IMG/VR virus record: IMGVR_UViG_3300049830_000142
Span: 32,001 to 96,000 of that record
DNA: 64,000 bases
From: a virus
Reading direction: 5' to 3' (one strand)
A program made the translations under genes and the position numbers. Shown one piece after another: positions 51,770 to 62,124 of the stretch (its first letter is position 1; the number at the start of each line of letters is the position of its first letter). The notes beneath the pieces were generated by a model, which was given only the letters and a program-made list of their open reading frames with translations, was not told where the DNA came from and ran no database searches.

Positions 51770-53481
51770 TGAATTCAAATATCAGCATTGAGCTAACCAC
51801 AACAGACGCTGGTTTGGCTACACTAATCAAAAACGTACGTATTACCGGTGCTACGTTATCCTATGGCATCAATAAGCTGCCTATAGCTCACGTACATATT
51901 GATACAACAGTTAGCGATGATTTGACTAGCTCACTACAGATCCTTTGTGACTTCGATAAGTTTAGAAGAAAAACACTGTCGTTGACTGTCAAGACCGGTG
52001 GGCTAGTATATGACGCAGGTTGTCTAGAGTTTGACGGTATACTAGACGGTATTAGCATCTCACAACAACCTGGAGGTTTGAGCGCTTCATTAGTCATCAA
52101 ACACCAATTTGTATTACTGAATGAGGTCTACCCTAGATTGCTTGGTCTAAGCGCTGGTAGTTCCAATATGTTCTCAGTAATGAGACCTATACTCTATGAT
52201 CCGAACCAGTTTGGTCCTGGCTCAGAAAATAACCATTTCCTCATACCTGACATGCAGTTGTATGGATTGATCACTGGTAAAGACCCGAACAACAAAGTTA
52301 ACACTGGTCTACCTCTGATACCGTTCATCATCGAAGTATTCAAGGCTGTAGTAAAAAATCAATCACTCTACAACATCGGTCCTAACACGCCAGCATTCCA
52401 AAGTATCAGTAACGCTTTGCGAGATGTGATCAAAGAGCAACAGATCAACGCAGATAAGACTGGTGAGCTATTTAAGCTAGTAATGAAACTACTTGGACAG
52501 GTCAACACAGAGTATAGCAGTCTGTTATCACTGTCAGGTAATGACCATTTGCTTAGCGCAGCTAGCCCAACGATCGCAGCTAAAGTAATAGGTGACATAG
52601 CTCAGTTAGACGACACTATCTACAATTCAATGGTTCGTTACGTAGGTCAATATGGTTGCTGTTTTGTAGTGTCTAACGACACTGCTTATGTAGTGCCTGA
52701 TGCATCTTTTCTTAGAGTTGAAGTAGACCCATCATTGATTAAAAACAGTAGGTCTTTACAAACTAATATAGCTTACCCAGCAGACTACGAAACTTTCTCC
52801 TTCAACGATACTGGTGAGAACACTATCAAAGGTGTATATGTTGTTCCTGAACCACTAGGTATGAACGGTACCTGGGCTGTGGGTGGTATCAATGTCATGA
52901 GTGGTAGATACGTTGATCCTAATCCAGGTGTAAAGGGAAACATTGTTGTAAAGACTTTGCCTCAAATAGCTTGTTCTTATATTAGCAGGATAGCTTCACA
53001 AGGTAGTATGGGTGTACAGAAGATAGTCCATACTGGTAACAGCTTGATTGATGGAGCAATTGATACTGTAGAAGCTTATGCTAGTATGCAGCTTCACAAA
53101 ATACAAACTGCTTTAGAGTATGGACAGATGCAGGCGTTCATCAATGCCTGGGCTCAGTCTGAGTATTGCAGGATCAAGTACGAAGATAGAACTGGTTATC
53201 TATCAATGCCATTTAACAACAACTGGGTGCCTGGAGCTCCTGGTGCTGCGCTAGCCAAACATCCTGGTACTTGGGTCCAGTTCTACGTCACTGACGTAAC
53301 ACATACTTTCAACCTAATGCCTAACAACTCCGGCACAGCTACTACCAACGTATCATTCAAAGGTGGTAGACCAGGACTTGTAGCAGGATATACTGGACTA
53401 ACGACTGTCCCTCTGTATAATTACAGTTACGCGCTTAGTCAGAACTTTGCAGACCAGTTCTTGGCTGACATAACACCATGA
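51769..53481 (+). CDS. baseplate hub protein (gp27-like)
   Basis: LSYGINKLPIAHV, FDGILDG, YVTDVTHTF motifs; position. Confidence 0.65.
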   Translation: MNSNISIELTTTDAGLATLIKNVRITGATLSYGINKLPIAHVHIDTTVSDDLTSSLQILCDFDKFRRKTLSLTVKTGGLVYDAGCLEFDGILDGISISQQPGGLSASLVIKHQFVLLNEVYPRLLGLSAGSSNMFSVMRPILYDPNQFGPGSENNHFLIPDMQLYGLITGKDPNNKVNTGLPLIPFIIEVFKAVVKNQSLYNIGPNTPAFQSISNALRDVIKEQQINADKTGELFKLVMKLLGQVNTEYSSLLSLSGNDHLLSAASPTIAAKVIGDIAQLDDTIYNSMVRYVGQYGCCFVVSNDTAYVVPDASFLRVEVDPSLIKNSRSLQTNIAYPADYETFSFNDTGENTIKGVYVVPEPLGMNGTWAVGGINVMSGRYVDPNPGVKGNIVVKTLPQIACSYISRIASQGSMGVQKIVHTGNSLIDGAIDTVEAYASMQLHKIQTALEYGQMQAFINAWAQSEYCRIKYEDRTGYLSMPFNNNWVPGAPGAALAKHPGTWVQFYVTDVTHTFNLMPNNSGTATTNVSFKGGRPGLVAGYTGLTTVPLYNYSYALSQNFADQFLADITP

Positions 53482-54116
53482 AACACGACAAACTAATAGA
53501 AGACCACAAAAAGCTCATAGCCTATGAGGCTGGCAAATACAGTAAATTCGTGCCCTATGACGTTGTGTTAGCTGAGGCCTATAAACTGGCTTGGAAAGCT
53601 GCTGAAGGGTTTGATCCTAAAAAGGATACTAAGTTTAGCACTCACCTCACTAACCAGCTTAAGAAGCTGAGCCGTATTTCAACGATGTATGGCAGTACTG
53701 TAAGATTGCCGGAAAACAAGCAATTTAAGCTACAGCATATCAATAATGCTGAAAAGGAGTTGGAGGATCAGCTAGGTAGGCCACCGTCAGCATTGGAGAC
53801 TAGTGAGTATACTCACATACCACTAGTACACTTAAACAAGATTAAGCAGGGTAGAGCTCACGAAGTCAATATAAGCTCTCTACAACATACTCCAGTATTC
53901 GTTAATAATACGAATGACGACTGGCTACATTTCGTGTATCACGATCTAACTGATATAGATCGTATTATTTTTGAGCACAAGACTGGGTTCAATGGTAAAG
54001 AAGTGTTAAACAACGAAGCAATCGCTAAACTACTCAACATATCACCTAGTGCAGTTGGAAACAGAGCTAAGATGATAACAGACAAAGTTCAGAAGGGTTG
54101 GGAAGGTGATGACTAA
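53478..54116 (+). CDS. sigma70-family RNA polymerase sigma factor
   Basis: Region 2 AAEGFDPKKDTKFSTHL, VRLP, region 3 LGRPPS..E, region 4 HTH NEAIAKLLNISPSAV. Confidence 0.85.
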   Translation: MKHDKLIEDHKKLIAYEAGKYSKFVPYDVVLAEAYKLAWKAAEGFDPKKDTKFSTHLTNQLKKLSRISTMYGSTVRLPENKQFKLQHINNAEKELEDQLGRPPSALETSEYTHIPLVHLNKIKQGRAHEVNISSLQHTPVFVNNTNDDWLHFVYHDLTDIDRIIFEHKTGFNGKEVLNNEAIAKLLNISPSAVGNRAKMITDKVQKGWEGDD

Positions 54117-54624
54117 GGAAGAGCGCCAGAACTATAATAGGGCTTACAGAAATAAGCATAAAGAAGAATTAGATCGAAAATCTAAGGCTTATAGGTTAAT
54201 CTATAATAAAGAACATAGAGAAGAGATACGTAGTCGAAATAGGCTATGGAAAGAAAAGAATAAAGATAAATGTAGAATATCAAATACAGCGTATGTAAAG
54301 GCTAGGATAAAAATTGATCCAACATTCAAGCTACTACGATATGCACGTACTCGAATCTATATTGCTTTGAAGAGACAATTAGCTGGTAAAGAGTTATCAA
54401 CGTTAAATTTAACTGGTTGTTCAACTGAAGATCTAAAGTCACATATTGAGAAACAATTTAAGGAAAACATGGCTTGGACAAACTATGGTACTTGGCATGT
54501 TGATCATATCAAACCTTGTTGTAAATTTGATTTGTCAAATCGATTAGAGCAACAAAAGTGTTTTCACTATTCTAATTTACAACCACTGTGGGCAAAAGAT
54601 AACTTAGAAAAACGAGGAAAATAA
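54106..54624 (+). CDS. HNH homing endonuclease (WHIDH..PC..FDL family)
   Basis: WHVDHIKPCCKFDL...CFHYSNLQPLWAKDNL. Confidence 0.88.
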   Translation: MMTKEERQNYNRAYRNKHKEELDRKSKAYRLIYNKEHREEIRSRNRLWKEKNKDKCRISNTAYVKARIKIDPTFKLLRYARTRIYIALKRQLAGKELSTLNLTGCSTEDLKSHIEKQFKENMAWTNYGTWHVDHIKPCCKFDLSNRLEQQKCFHYSNLQPLWAKDNLEKRGK

Positions 54625-55028
54625 TGGCTGACAAGACATACAAAGATCATGCTGAAGGTGTCAGAGGTTGGATGAGTGAGACGGCTGACGCTGAACTTAC
54701 TGACCCAGGTTCAAGGAAGTGGTGTATCTTAGAGTTGACAAGTTTAACTCCTAGTGAAGTGGGCACTTACTTTAGTAGTGCAAAACCGAACCAAGATTTC
54801 AAAGATGAAGTAGACAAGGATCAGGTAACTGGTATCCCGGTCGCACAACATCAGATTGAGTCAGACCAGTTGTATTCTTTGGCTAAGTGTATGGCTTACC
54901 GCCATCAACCTAGACTAAGGCATTACAGGGATGACATAGAGAACAAAGATATCAGGACTAGGACGTCTATCGCCTTTGCTTTGGCGAAGATGAACCTGTT
55001 AACTGATTCAATGAAGAATAGCACATAA
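54624..55028 (+). CDS. hypothetical baseplate-region protein
   Basis: TAATG coupling. Confidence 0.65.
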   Translation: MADKTYKDHAEGVRGWMSETADAELTDPGSRKWCILELTSLTPSEVGTYFSSAKPNQDFKDEVDKDQVTGIPVAQHQIESDQLYSLAKCMAYRHQPRLRHYRDDIENKDIRTRTSIAFALAKMNLLTDSMKNST

Positions 55029-55471
55029 TGGCTATACAAGGAACATCAACGGATTACACTGGCAGGCTCAGGGATATTTACATCTCTGGCACTCTAAACC
55101 CATTGTCAACCGCTACGCAAACAGTGCACTATAGTTTTGGCAAGCCTAGCAAGTTTGTCGCTGGTGTGCAGAAGTTGATTCAGAGATATTTAATTTCTTT
55201 GGTCAACTCAGGATTCGTTGAACAGCTGCAATCAATTAGCGGTAGCAACGTCTATACTGCTAAGAAGCTGTTCGGACTATACAACGCTGAGGTAGTAGAC
55301 TCTTTTAGGAATTATCAGAACAGCAATCCTTCAACTTTTTTGGACGAACAACTTGATACTGTACAGTTGACTAATTTGACTAGTACAGGAGCTAGTGTAA
55401 ACATTTCATTGCAGTTGAATACTAAAGCAGGCAGTAGCGTAACTTTCTTGTTACCGTTACCATTAAATTAA
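55028..55471 (+). CDS. baseplate wedge protein (gp25-like)
   Basis: GVQKLIQR..L; DEQLDTVQL; directly before baseplate J. Confidence 0.65.
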   Translation: MAIQGTSTDYTGRLRDIYISGTLNPLSTATQTVHYSFGKPSKFVAGVQKLIQRYLISLVNSGFVEQLQSISGSNVYTAKKLFGLYNAEVVDSFRNYQNSNPSTFLDEQLDTVQLTNLTSTGASVNISLQLNTKAGSSVTFLLPLPLN

Positions 55472-55472
55472 T

Positions 55473-57062
55473 ATGAGCGAGACCGCATCACAAACGTTGG
55501 CAAGACTAACCGCCTTTATTCAGGCGAACGCACCTACCATAGATCTATCTCCTGGCAGTGTACTGAACGAATTGATACTTGGCCTAGAAACACAAATACA
55601 GAACCAAGTGTATAATGACATTAACGCCATTTCACAAGGTAACGCCATCAGTTTTGCTTTGGCTAGTTTAGCTGACACTTACTCACCCATCATCGACAAC
55701 ATTGCTAGCAACTACAATGTTACTCGAACTGCCGGTGCTTACTCTGTCGGAAACATCAAGGCGTATGTAACGTCAAACTCTGCAACCTATACACTACCTT
55801 CCGGAACGTCATTCAATCAACCTGCATTAGGTTACACTTACCAGACTACGGCTCCCATCTCAATCACAAGCTTGTCATATAGCTCAGAAGTGAGTGGCTA
55901 TTCAATCATTGTACCAGTCACATCTACTGACATTGGTCTGCATACTATTTTGACTAACGGTGCTCCATTTGAACTGGGTACTGGTTCAGCTATTCCAGGT
56001 TTTGTACAAGCCTCAGCCTACGGTTCATTCTCAGCTGGTGTAAACGTCGAGACTGATAGAAAACTCATCACAAGATTTAGATCAGGCTTGGCTACGTCTA
56101 ACCTATTGACAGCAGCAAGCATCAACAATTATTTGACTAACAAGTATCCTAGCTTTAGTGGTGCGTATATCGCTGATGCTACTTCACCTGTCAACAACCG
56201 TTGTCAGAATAACTTGCTTAACCTTAAGATTCCTGGTGCTGTAGATGTATATGTAAAAACAAACGTAAACATCCCACAAGTCCCTGTATCTTTGCCAGGT
56301 ACATATCTAGGTTCTACCGATTTTTCAGCTAACACTTGGCAAGTCACTTTAGACAACAACGTTTCTGGTGGTTCTTATCTAGGCTTCTATCGCGTCGTTA
56401 GTGTGCAAGACGCTACCAGTGCTAACCTAGTCAACTTACCTTTCAATGTCACCTACAGCTATGACAGCCTAGCTTCCAACGTAATCACTGACGCAGCACA
56501 AGCTAGATACTCACCCTATCAAACAGCAACGATCAATATAGGTTATACTGGTGTGACCTCACCTAGCGGTAGACAGTTTTTGGTAACTGTATTGGCTCCA
56601 TACCAGTTACGTGCAATCCAAGAGACTTTCTTAGATAACAACAATCGAATCCCGGCAGCAGACTATCTGGTAAAAGGTGTAGTGCCTTGCATGGTTACTA
56701 TGTCTCTATCGTTAGTTGCGAACAAGACCGGACCTTTGGTTGATACAGTTGCGTTACAACGTGACTTATTCAACTATGTCAACAGCTTAGGTATTGGCGA
56801 GTCTATCGTCGTAAGTCAGATCGTAAACCTTTGTCACAAATATAACGTGGCTAGAGTAGATTTGCCTATCGTATTAAATGGTAGGATCTTGGCCCCATAT
56901 AACACTACGGGCGCTGCTGATCAAGATATCTTCATTGAGGGTAACGACTTTCTGCAAATACCAGATTATGAGCAGTATGGTGTGACTCAAGACAACACCG
57001 CGTTTTTCCTTAACTATTTCACAGATAACGGCAAGCCTAACATCAACCTGTCTGTCAAGTAA
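55473..57062 (+). CDS. baseplate J-like wedge protein (gp6-like)
   Basis: DLSPGSVL, RTAGAYSVG, AGVNVETD..L..R. Confidence 0.8.
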   Translation: MSETASQTLARLTAFIQANAPTIDLSPGSVLNELILGLETQIQNQVYNDINAISQGNAISFALASLADTYSPIIDNIASNYNVTRTAGAYSVGNIKAYVTSNSATYTLPSGTSFNQPALGYTYQTTAPISITSLSYSSEVSGYSIIVPVTSTDIGLHTILTNGAPFELGTGSAIPGFVQASAYGSFSAGVNVETDRKLITRFRSGLATSNLLTAASINNYLTNKYPSFSGAYIADATSPVNNRCQNNLLNLKIPGAVDVYVKTNVNIPQVPVSLPGTYLGSTDFSANTWQVTLDNNVSGGSYLGFYRVVSVQDATSANLVNLPFNVTYSYDSLASNVITDAAQARYSPYQTATINIGYTGVTSPSGRQFLVTVLAPYQLRAIQETFLDNNNRIPAADYLVKGVVPCMVTMSLSLVANKTGPLVDTVALQRDLFNYVNSLGIGESIVVSQIVNLCHKYNVARVDLPIVLNGRILAPYNTTGAADQDIFIEGNDFLQIPDYEQYGVTQDNTAFFLNYFTDNGKPNINLSVK

Positions 57063-58729
57063 TGAGCTTTCTTAGTTACGATCCTAATAGCAATCCAGGC
57101 AACCAAGCCACGGATAGCGTTTATCTATTCAATACCCTAGGCTACTTTTGGAGAAGAGCATTCAAAGACGTCAATGTAATCTCAGGCTTGATACAGGGAC
57201 AAGTTGAAGCAGCGAAACAAGCGTACACCCAAATGTTTCAATTGATCGATAGTTACAGCACTACCGACATCCCTGTATTTGAAAGACGTAACTGGTATCC
57301 TTTGACTATCAAGCTATCTGATCTAGACAACAACACTTTGCTATTTGGTGAAGGTGTCAAGTTTGGTGATACAGTTTCTTCCCAGAGCTATAAGTTTGGT
57401 ACGACTATACCGGCCGCCCCTAACACATACAGCGTAGTCATTGGTGATACTGTTAAACAAGCCACTTTTATCGTAGATCAGGTGGTCTCTCCCAACATGA
57501 CCTGGATGCCTGGTGTAGACTATGATATCATCAACGGTCGTGTTTTCTTCTACGCCAATCCATTTACCAGACCTAATGTAACTTCAGCGACCATCTACAA
57601 CTCTGATGGTACCGCAACTTCAGACAAGGTGATGATTCTATGGATCTACAATGCGGATCTAAACAGTGATAACTTAAAGAACAACATTGGCTTCATGTTT
57701 GGTGTAGATGTTCCTCACAATAGCCAAGGCAAATCAATTTTAGGCAGAGCTGTTAAACTCTATACTAACGGGCCTACAATCAATGACATCAAAGCCGTGG
57801 CTTTAGCTAGCCTAGGATTGCCCATCATAGATGAAGTATCTACCATTGCTAGTATCGCTATAGTAGGCAGCAATCGAGTCTTCACTACAGATACGGGTGT
57901 TTACAGCTATCCTACGAGCTACCAGCTAAAAAGTGGTATCACAACCGGTACGGTCCTACAGATAGGCGACGTACCGGTTAAAGCAGTTGAATTGTTTGAC
58001 CAAGTCAATAAAGCTAATTGGTGGCAAACTGAGCTAGGAGTCGATATAAGCACACCAAACGCCAGAACAGTGATTGACCCGACTGGAGCTTCATCTTCGC
58101 TTACAGTGCAATCTGGACGCGCTCTAGTACCTTTGGAGCTACCACCGTCAATGCTACTCATTTCCTCTGACTACGCGCTCAGGTTTATGAACACAGCTGA
58201 GCCAGTCTCATTAGATGGTGATCATCAGCTAGTGTTTCCTGTCCATGGCTCGTACTATGATGTCAAAAGGTTTCAGAATTCCTTGAAAAACAACGGAATG
58301 CTGGCTTTGGTGAACAGTCAAATTAGTCCAATACTATCACCAAGCAATCCAGTCAACGTAATTAACCCAGTTGACTTCATATTCAAAGCTTTCTTGAAGA
58401 GTGCTTCTGCGCTTCTTCGTGTTAAATTCTTAGATATCAATCAGTTAGGTATTTTTGAGGAGTTCTTTGGTGTTATCTACGACATGCTTCCACCCAACGT
58501 ATTGTTAATAGTCTTGTGTGATGTGGTCGTACCTGGAGATACATACCAAATGAACACAAATACTCTCGACAACAGTATGAGTACTTATTATCCTCTGCAA
58601 AAGACTAATGATGTAGTATCATTTAATTCAGGTTCAGGGTTAGTCATTAAGGACATGGCGACGAGCAGAGTCATCGTAGCCGACCCTATCACAGAAATAC
58701 GCCAAATCAGCCTTGTAGTTCCATCTTAA
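57062..58729 (+). CDS. baseplate wedge protein (gp7/I-like)
   Basis: After J; LYTNGPT...ALASLGLP. Confidence 0.65.
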   Translation: MSFLSYDPNSNPGNQATDSVYLFNTLGYFWRRAFKDVNVISGLIQGQVEAAKQAYTQMFQLIDSYSTTDIPVFERRNWYPLTIKLSDLDNNTLLFGEGVKFGDTVSSQSYKFGTTIPAAPNTYSVVIGDTVKQATFIVDQVVSPNMTWMPGVDYDIINGRVFFYANPFTRPNVTSATIYNSDGTATSDKVMILWIYNADLNSDNLKNNIGFMFGVDVPHNSQGKSILGRAVKLYTNGPTINDIKAVALASLGLPIIDEVSTIASIAIVGSNRVFTTDTGVYSYPTSYQLKSGITTGTVLQIGDVPVKAVELFDQVNKANWWQTELGVDISTPNARTVIDPTGASSSLTVQSGRALVPLELPPSMLLISSDYALRFMNTAEPVSLDGDHQLVFPVHGSYYDVKRFQNSLKNNGMLALVNSQISPILSPSNPVNVINPVDFIFKAFLKSASALLRVKFLDINQLGIFEEFFGVIYDMLPPNVLLIVLCDVVVPGDTYQMNTNTLDNSMSTYYPLQKTNDVVSFNSGSGLVIKDMATSRVIVADPITEIRQISLVVPS

Positions 58730-58732
58730 TCA

Positions 58733-58768
58733 TTGAGATAGACTAACAAAGGTGATATTATCAATTAT
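58733..58768 (+). promoter_or_regulatory. sigma70-like promoter, leaderless
   Basis: TTGAGA-N17-(TGa)TATTAT-N7-ATG(58769). Confidence 0.7.
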
Positions 58769-59320
58769 ATGGATCATCTCGACAAACCTTATGTTGTCAA
58801 CCATGACGCTTTCGGCCACGTAAAGATCTGGAAGCACAACGTCAAGGATGGCAGCACGCAACTAGTAGTAGAAAAACCGAACATGATAGTTTATGGTGGC
58901 GCGGATGTCGCGGCCAAGGCTCTAAGCGGTCAGCCTAACACAGGTATTACGCATATGTATGTGGGCATTAGCTCATCCAACACTGCAGCTACCGCCGCTC
59001 AGTTAACGGACAGCATTACTACATTTGGTACAATCAACACCAACTTCGTAAAGCTACCTATCGCTTTCTCACCCAGTTTCTCAAACGAGGCGAACTACAC
59101 CTCGAACCTAGTTTACTTCAGTGTATACATCACAGGTTCAACAGTGACCAATGGCTATTACATCAATTCTCTAGGGCTGGTCAACGCCAGCATTCCTACC
59201 ACCAATCCTAACACAACGGTTGGTGATAAACTATTCTCACGTATCACGTTCACACCTATCGCCTACGACAGCTCACATGGTCTCGCAATTTGTTGGGGGG
59301 TTACTTTTAGAGCATCATAA
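58769..59320 (+). CDS. baseplate/tail fibre attachment protein
   Basis: NMIVYGG, LFSRITF..I..DS motifs. Confidence 0.65.
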   Translation: MDHLDKPYVVNHDAFGHVKIWKHNVKDGSTQLVVEKPNMIVYGGADVAAKALSGQPNTGITHMYVGISSSNTAATAAQLTDSITTFGTINTNFVKLPIAFSPSFSNEANYTSNLVYFSVYITGSTVTNGYYINSLGLVNASIPTTNPNTTVGDKLFSRITFTPIAYDSSHGLAICWGVTFRAS

Positions 59321-59321
59321 T

Positions 59322-59900
59322 ATGACTAAAAAAGAGCAAGACCACAGATATTACTTAAAAAATAAAGAAAAGATAATAAAACAAGTAAAAGAGTATAGAA
59401 TTAACAACTCGGCAGTAGTTAAGGAGTATCAAAAGAAAAAGTATAGATTGAACAAAGAAACATATTTGGCTAAGAATAAAATTTATCGAGTGAAGAACCA
59501 TAAAAAAATTCTAGAAGGTAAAAAAAGATATAGGTTAGCAAATAAAAATAAAATTCTAGCGTATCAATCAAAGTACGAAGAACTACAAAGAAAGATTAAT
59601 CCAAAATTTAGAATAAAGGCAGCATTAAGAACTAGGATTCATAACGCAGTGAGAAAAGGATATAAAAGTGCTTCGACTGTACAACTGTTGGGCTGCACCG
59701 TTAAAGATCTAAAGAATCACCTAGAATTACAATTTCAACCAAACATGTCTTGGAGTAACTATGGAGAGTGGCATATTGATCATCGTAAACCCTGTGCCTC
59801 ATTTGATTTAACTAAAGAATCTGAACAAAGAAAGTGTTTTAATTACACTAATCTCCAGCCGCTTTGGGCAGAAGATAATTTAAGAAAAGGAGCAAGCTAA
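59322..59900 (+). CDS. HNH homing endonuclease (WHIDH..PC..FDL family)
   Basis: WHIDHRKPCASFDL...CFNYTNLQPLWAEDNL; start moved to 59322. Confidence 0.88.
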   Translation: MTKKEQDHRYYLKNKEKIIKQVKEYRINNSAVVKEYQKKKYRLNKETYLAKNKIYRVKNHKKILEGKKRYRLANKNKILAYQSKYEELQRKINPKFRIKAALRTRIHNAVRKGYKSASTVQLLGCTVKDLKNHLELQFQPNMSWSNYGEWHIDHRKPCASFDLTKESEQRKCFNYTNLQPLWAEDNLRKGAS

Positions 59901-59901
59901 T

Positions 59902-61752
59902 ATGTCAACGTGGAATCCTAGTGTATCTCAATTCACAGACGGTACGAGTCAAGTAAATGCCTCTACCGTAAATAACGTGGTCAACCAATTGGCTGCGAGG
60001 GATGAGTATCTATTCGAGATGCTGAACAACCAGTCTGACAAGACTGTGATGATTAGCTTTAACCAGCCTATCGTAGAAGGTCTTATCCCAGGCACTCCTG
60101 TATTCTTTGACAACAGCGCAGGTCAGGCTGTGCTAAAGTCTGCAAAGGCTGGATATGACTCTGGCATTGGAGGTCACCTTATTCCTAAGACTTCAGCCTT
60201 CGTATTTGGTATCATAGGAAATGTTTACAGCAACCAAAGCAATCCAGTTGTTTATGGTGACATCTATTTGCGTGGTCTGATCGATGGTAACGATGCTTCA
60301 AGACCTATCAATTTTAACGATTTGCTAGATGCTCAAAGCAGTCTACAAGGTATTGCTCCTGGTCCGCTGTACTTGTCTAGCACTGAAGCTGGCAAGTTAT
60401 CTATCTATGCTACCGGTGCTTCAATCTTTATTGGATACTACATCGGTTCAAACAAAGTTGTACTAGCTCCGAATATTGATTCTCTTAACCAGCTTTATTT
60501 TAACTACAAGGTATTCTTAAAATCCACACCTTGTGGAACTGCAACAAATACTTCTGGCACACTTTGGTCAATCACACATAACGTATCAGCTGCAGCAGAT
60601 ATGACGTCTACTGTAGGTTGGGTAAACGCTAGTGACGCAGCTACAGTATTATCTTTGACACCGCCTTCTGGTGCAGCGTTCTACTACAATCTTCCTTCTG
60701 ATGCAGCAATCAATGCATCAGGTTCAGGTTTGACTACGGAGCAGCAACAACATGCGCTACAACTAAAGAACGCATTGCCAGCTAATCCTGCCGCTTACAC
60801 GATGTTGTTTGTGAACGGTATTTTGCAGACTCAATATGATACTGACCACACAGATGGTAGCTATATCATCAACGAGAATGGTATTTGGTGGATGGTCAAT
60901 CAAACCAACTATGTTCCTTGGGCTGGTAGTCCAGGTAATGTAGAAATACAGCTACTGATTACTAAGCTCAACCCAGATTTTGCAGACAGTGTTGTCACTA
61001 GCTTAGAAAGCTCAAACTCAGCTTTAGTAGTGACTGGTAGTGATGGTCAGGCTGCAGCTCATGGTAACTTGACTATTGAGTTGGCTCTACCCATCGTCAA
61101 CGTTAATACTACTGGCAATGGTTACACTGTACAGCAACTTAGCTATAACAGCTCTTCAGGTATAACCACAGCTGAGGTAGCTCCAGTCGTCAATACACTT
61201 TCTACAGGCCCAGGACTAAGTCTTACATCAACTTCTCCAGGTCAGTACTCACTTTCACTAAACAATTTTTCATTGAGCGGTGAAGTGGCTGACATTGAAC
61301 CAGAAGAAGCTGATTACGTCTATAAAGGTTTGCATGCTTACCTAAGGATGAAGAATCCTCAGCCTAACCAAAAGTTAGGGTTCATAGGAAAACTTAGAAT
61401 TCCGGCTAGCGTACCTTCAGGAGCTAAACTAAACATCCAGCTAGTCTGCTTCTGTGACGCTGCAACAACTCAGCCAGGTTCTACAGCCAATTTTAGTTTT
61501 GAGTATAGCGTTAGCAACAACGGAACTGCTATCTCTAGCTCCACTACCTCCGCTACAGTTGGTGTAGCTGGAACCGTTCTAGCACCAGCACTTACTCAAG
61601 TGACGCTGTATAAGAATGGCAGCACACCTTACTTTAGCATTCCAAGTTCAGCATTCAGTGCCAACTCATACGTCAATTTTCGTATCTCTCGTGTAAACTC
61701 GACTTACACTAATCCGATATCTGTAATAGGTGTGCTATGGGCAATAGAATAA
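59902..61752 (+). CDS. baseplate/tail fibre-associated structural protein
   Basis: DGTSQVNASTVN..QLAARDEYL N-terminus; Ser/Thr/Gly-rich. Confidence 0.65.
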   Translation: MSTWNPSVSQFTDGTSQVNASTVNNVVNQLAARDEYLFEMLNNQSDKTVMISFNQPIVEGLIPGTPVFFDNSAGQAVLKSAKAGYDSGIGGHLIPKTSAFVFGIIGNVYSNQSNPVVYGDIYLRGLIDGNDASRPINFNDLLDAQSSLQGIAPGPLYLSSTEAGKLSIYATGASIFIGYYIGSNKVVLAPNIDSLNQLYFNYKVFLKSTPCGTATNTSGTLWSITHNVSAAADMTSTVGWVNASDAATVLSLTPPSGAAFYYNLPSDAAINASGSGLTTEQQQHALQLKNALPANPAAYTMLFVNGILQTQYDTDHTDGSYIINENGIWWMVNQTNYVPWAGSPGNVEIQLLITKLNPDFADSVVTSLESSNSALVVTGSDGQAAAHGNLTIELALPIVNVNTTGNGYTVQQLSYNSSSGITTAEVAPVVNTLSTGPGLSLTSTSPGQYSLSLNNFSLSGEVADIEPEEADYVYKGLHAYLRMKNPQPNQKLGFIGKLRIPASVPSGAKLNIQLVCFCDAATTQPGSTANFSFEYSVSNNGTAISSSTTSATVGVAGTVLAPALTQVTLYKNGSTPYFSIPSSAFSANSYVNFRISRVNSTYTNPISVIGVLWAIE

Positions 61753-62123
61753 AAAAAGGAAGAGATAAAAAGAAAATACAAAAAAGAATGCAGCAATATT
61801 ATCTTGATAATAAAGATAAGATAACAAAGTACAAGCAGCAATGGAGATCAGAAAATAAAGAAAAAGTTAAATGGTATCATATTAAGCAAACTTATGGTTT
61901 GACAGAAAAAGAATATAAACAATTACTAGACGACCAAGGTAGCAGTTGTAAACTTTGTAAAAAATTGTTCGATATAACTAATATAATTTGTGTAGACCAC
62001 TGTCATAAAACTGGAAAAATCAGAGGGTTACTTCATAAGAAATGTAATTCCATTATTGGCTTAGCAGATGATAGTATAGAACTGTTAGAGCTAAGTATTG
62101 GTTACCTCAAGAACACAAAATAA
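61737..62123 (+). CDS. endonuclease VII-like homing endonuclease
   Basis: YGLT..EY..L..Q...CKLC...VDHCHKTGKIRGLL...CNSIIG. Confidence 0.88.
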   Translation: MGNRIKKGRDKKKIQKRMQQYYLDNKDKITKYKQQWRSENKEKVKWYHIKQTYGLTEKEYKQLLDDQGSSCKLCKKLFDITNIICVDHCHKTGKIRGLLHKKCNSIIGLADDSIELLELSIGYLKNTK

Positions 62124-62124
62124 T

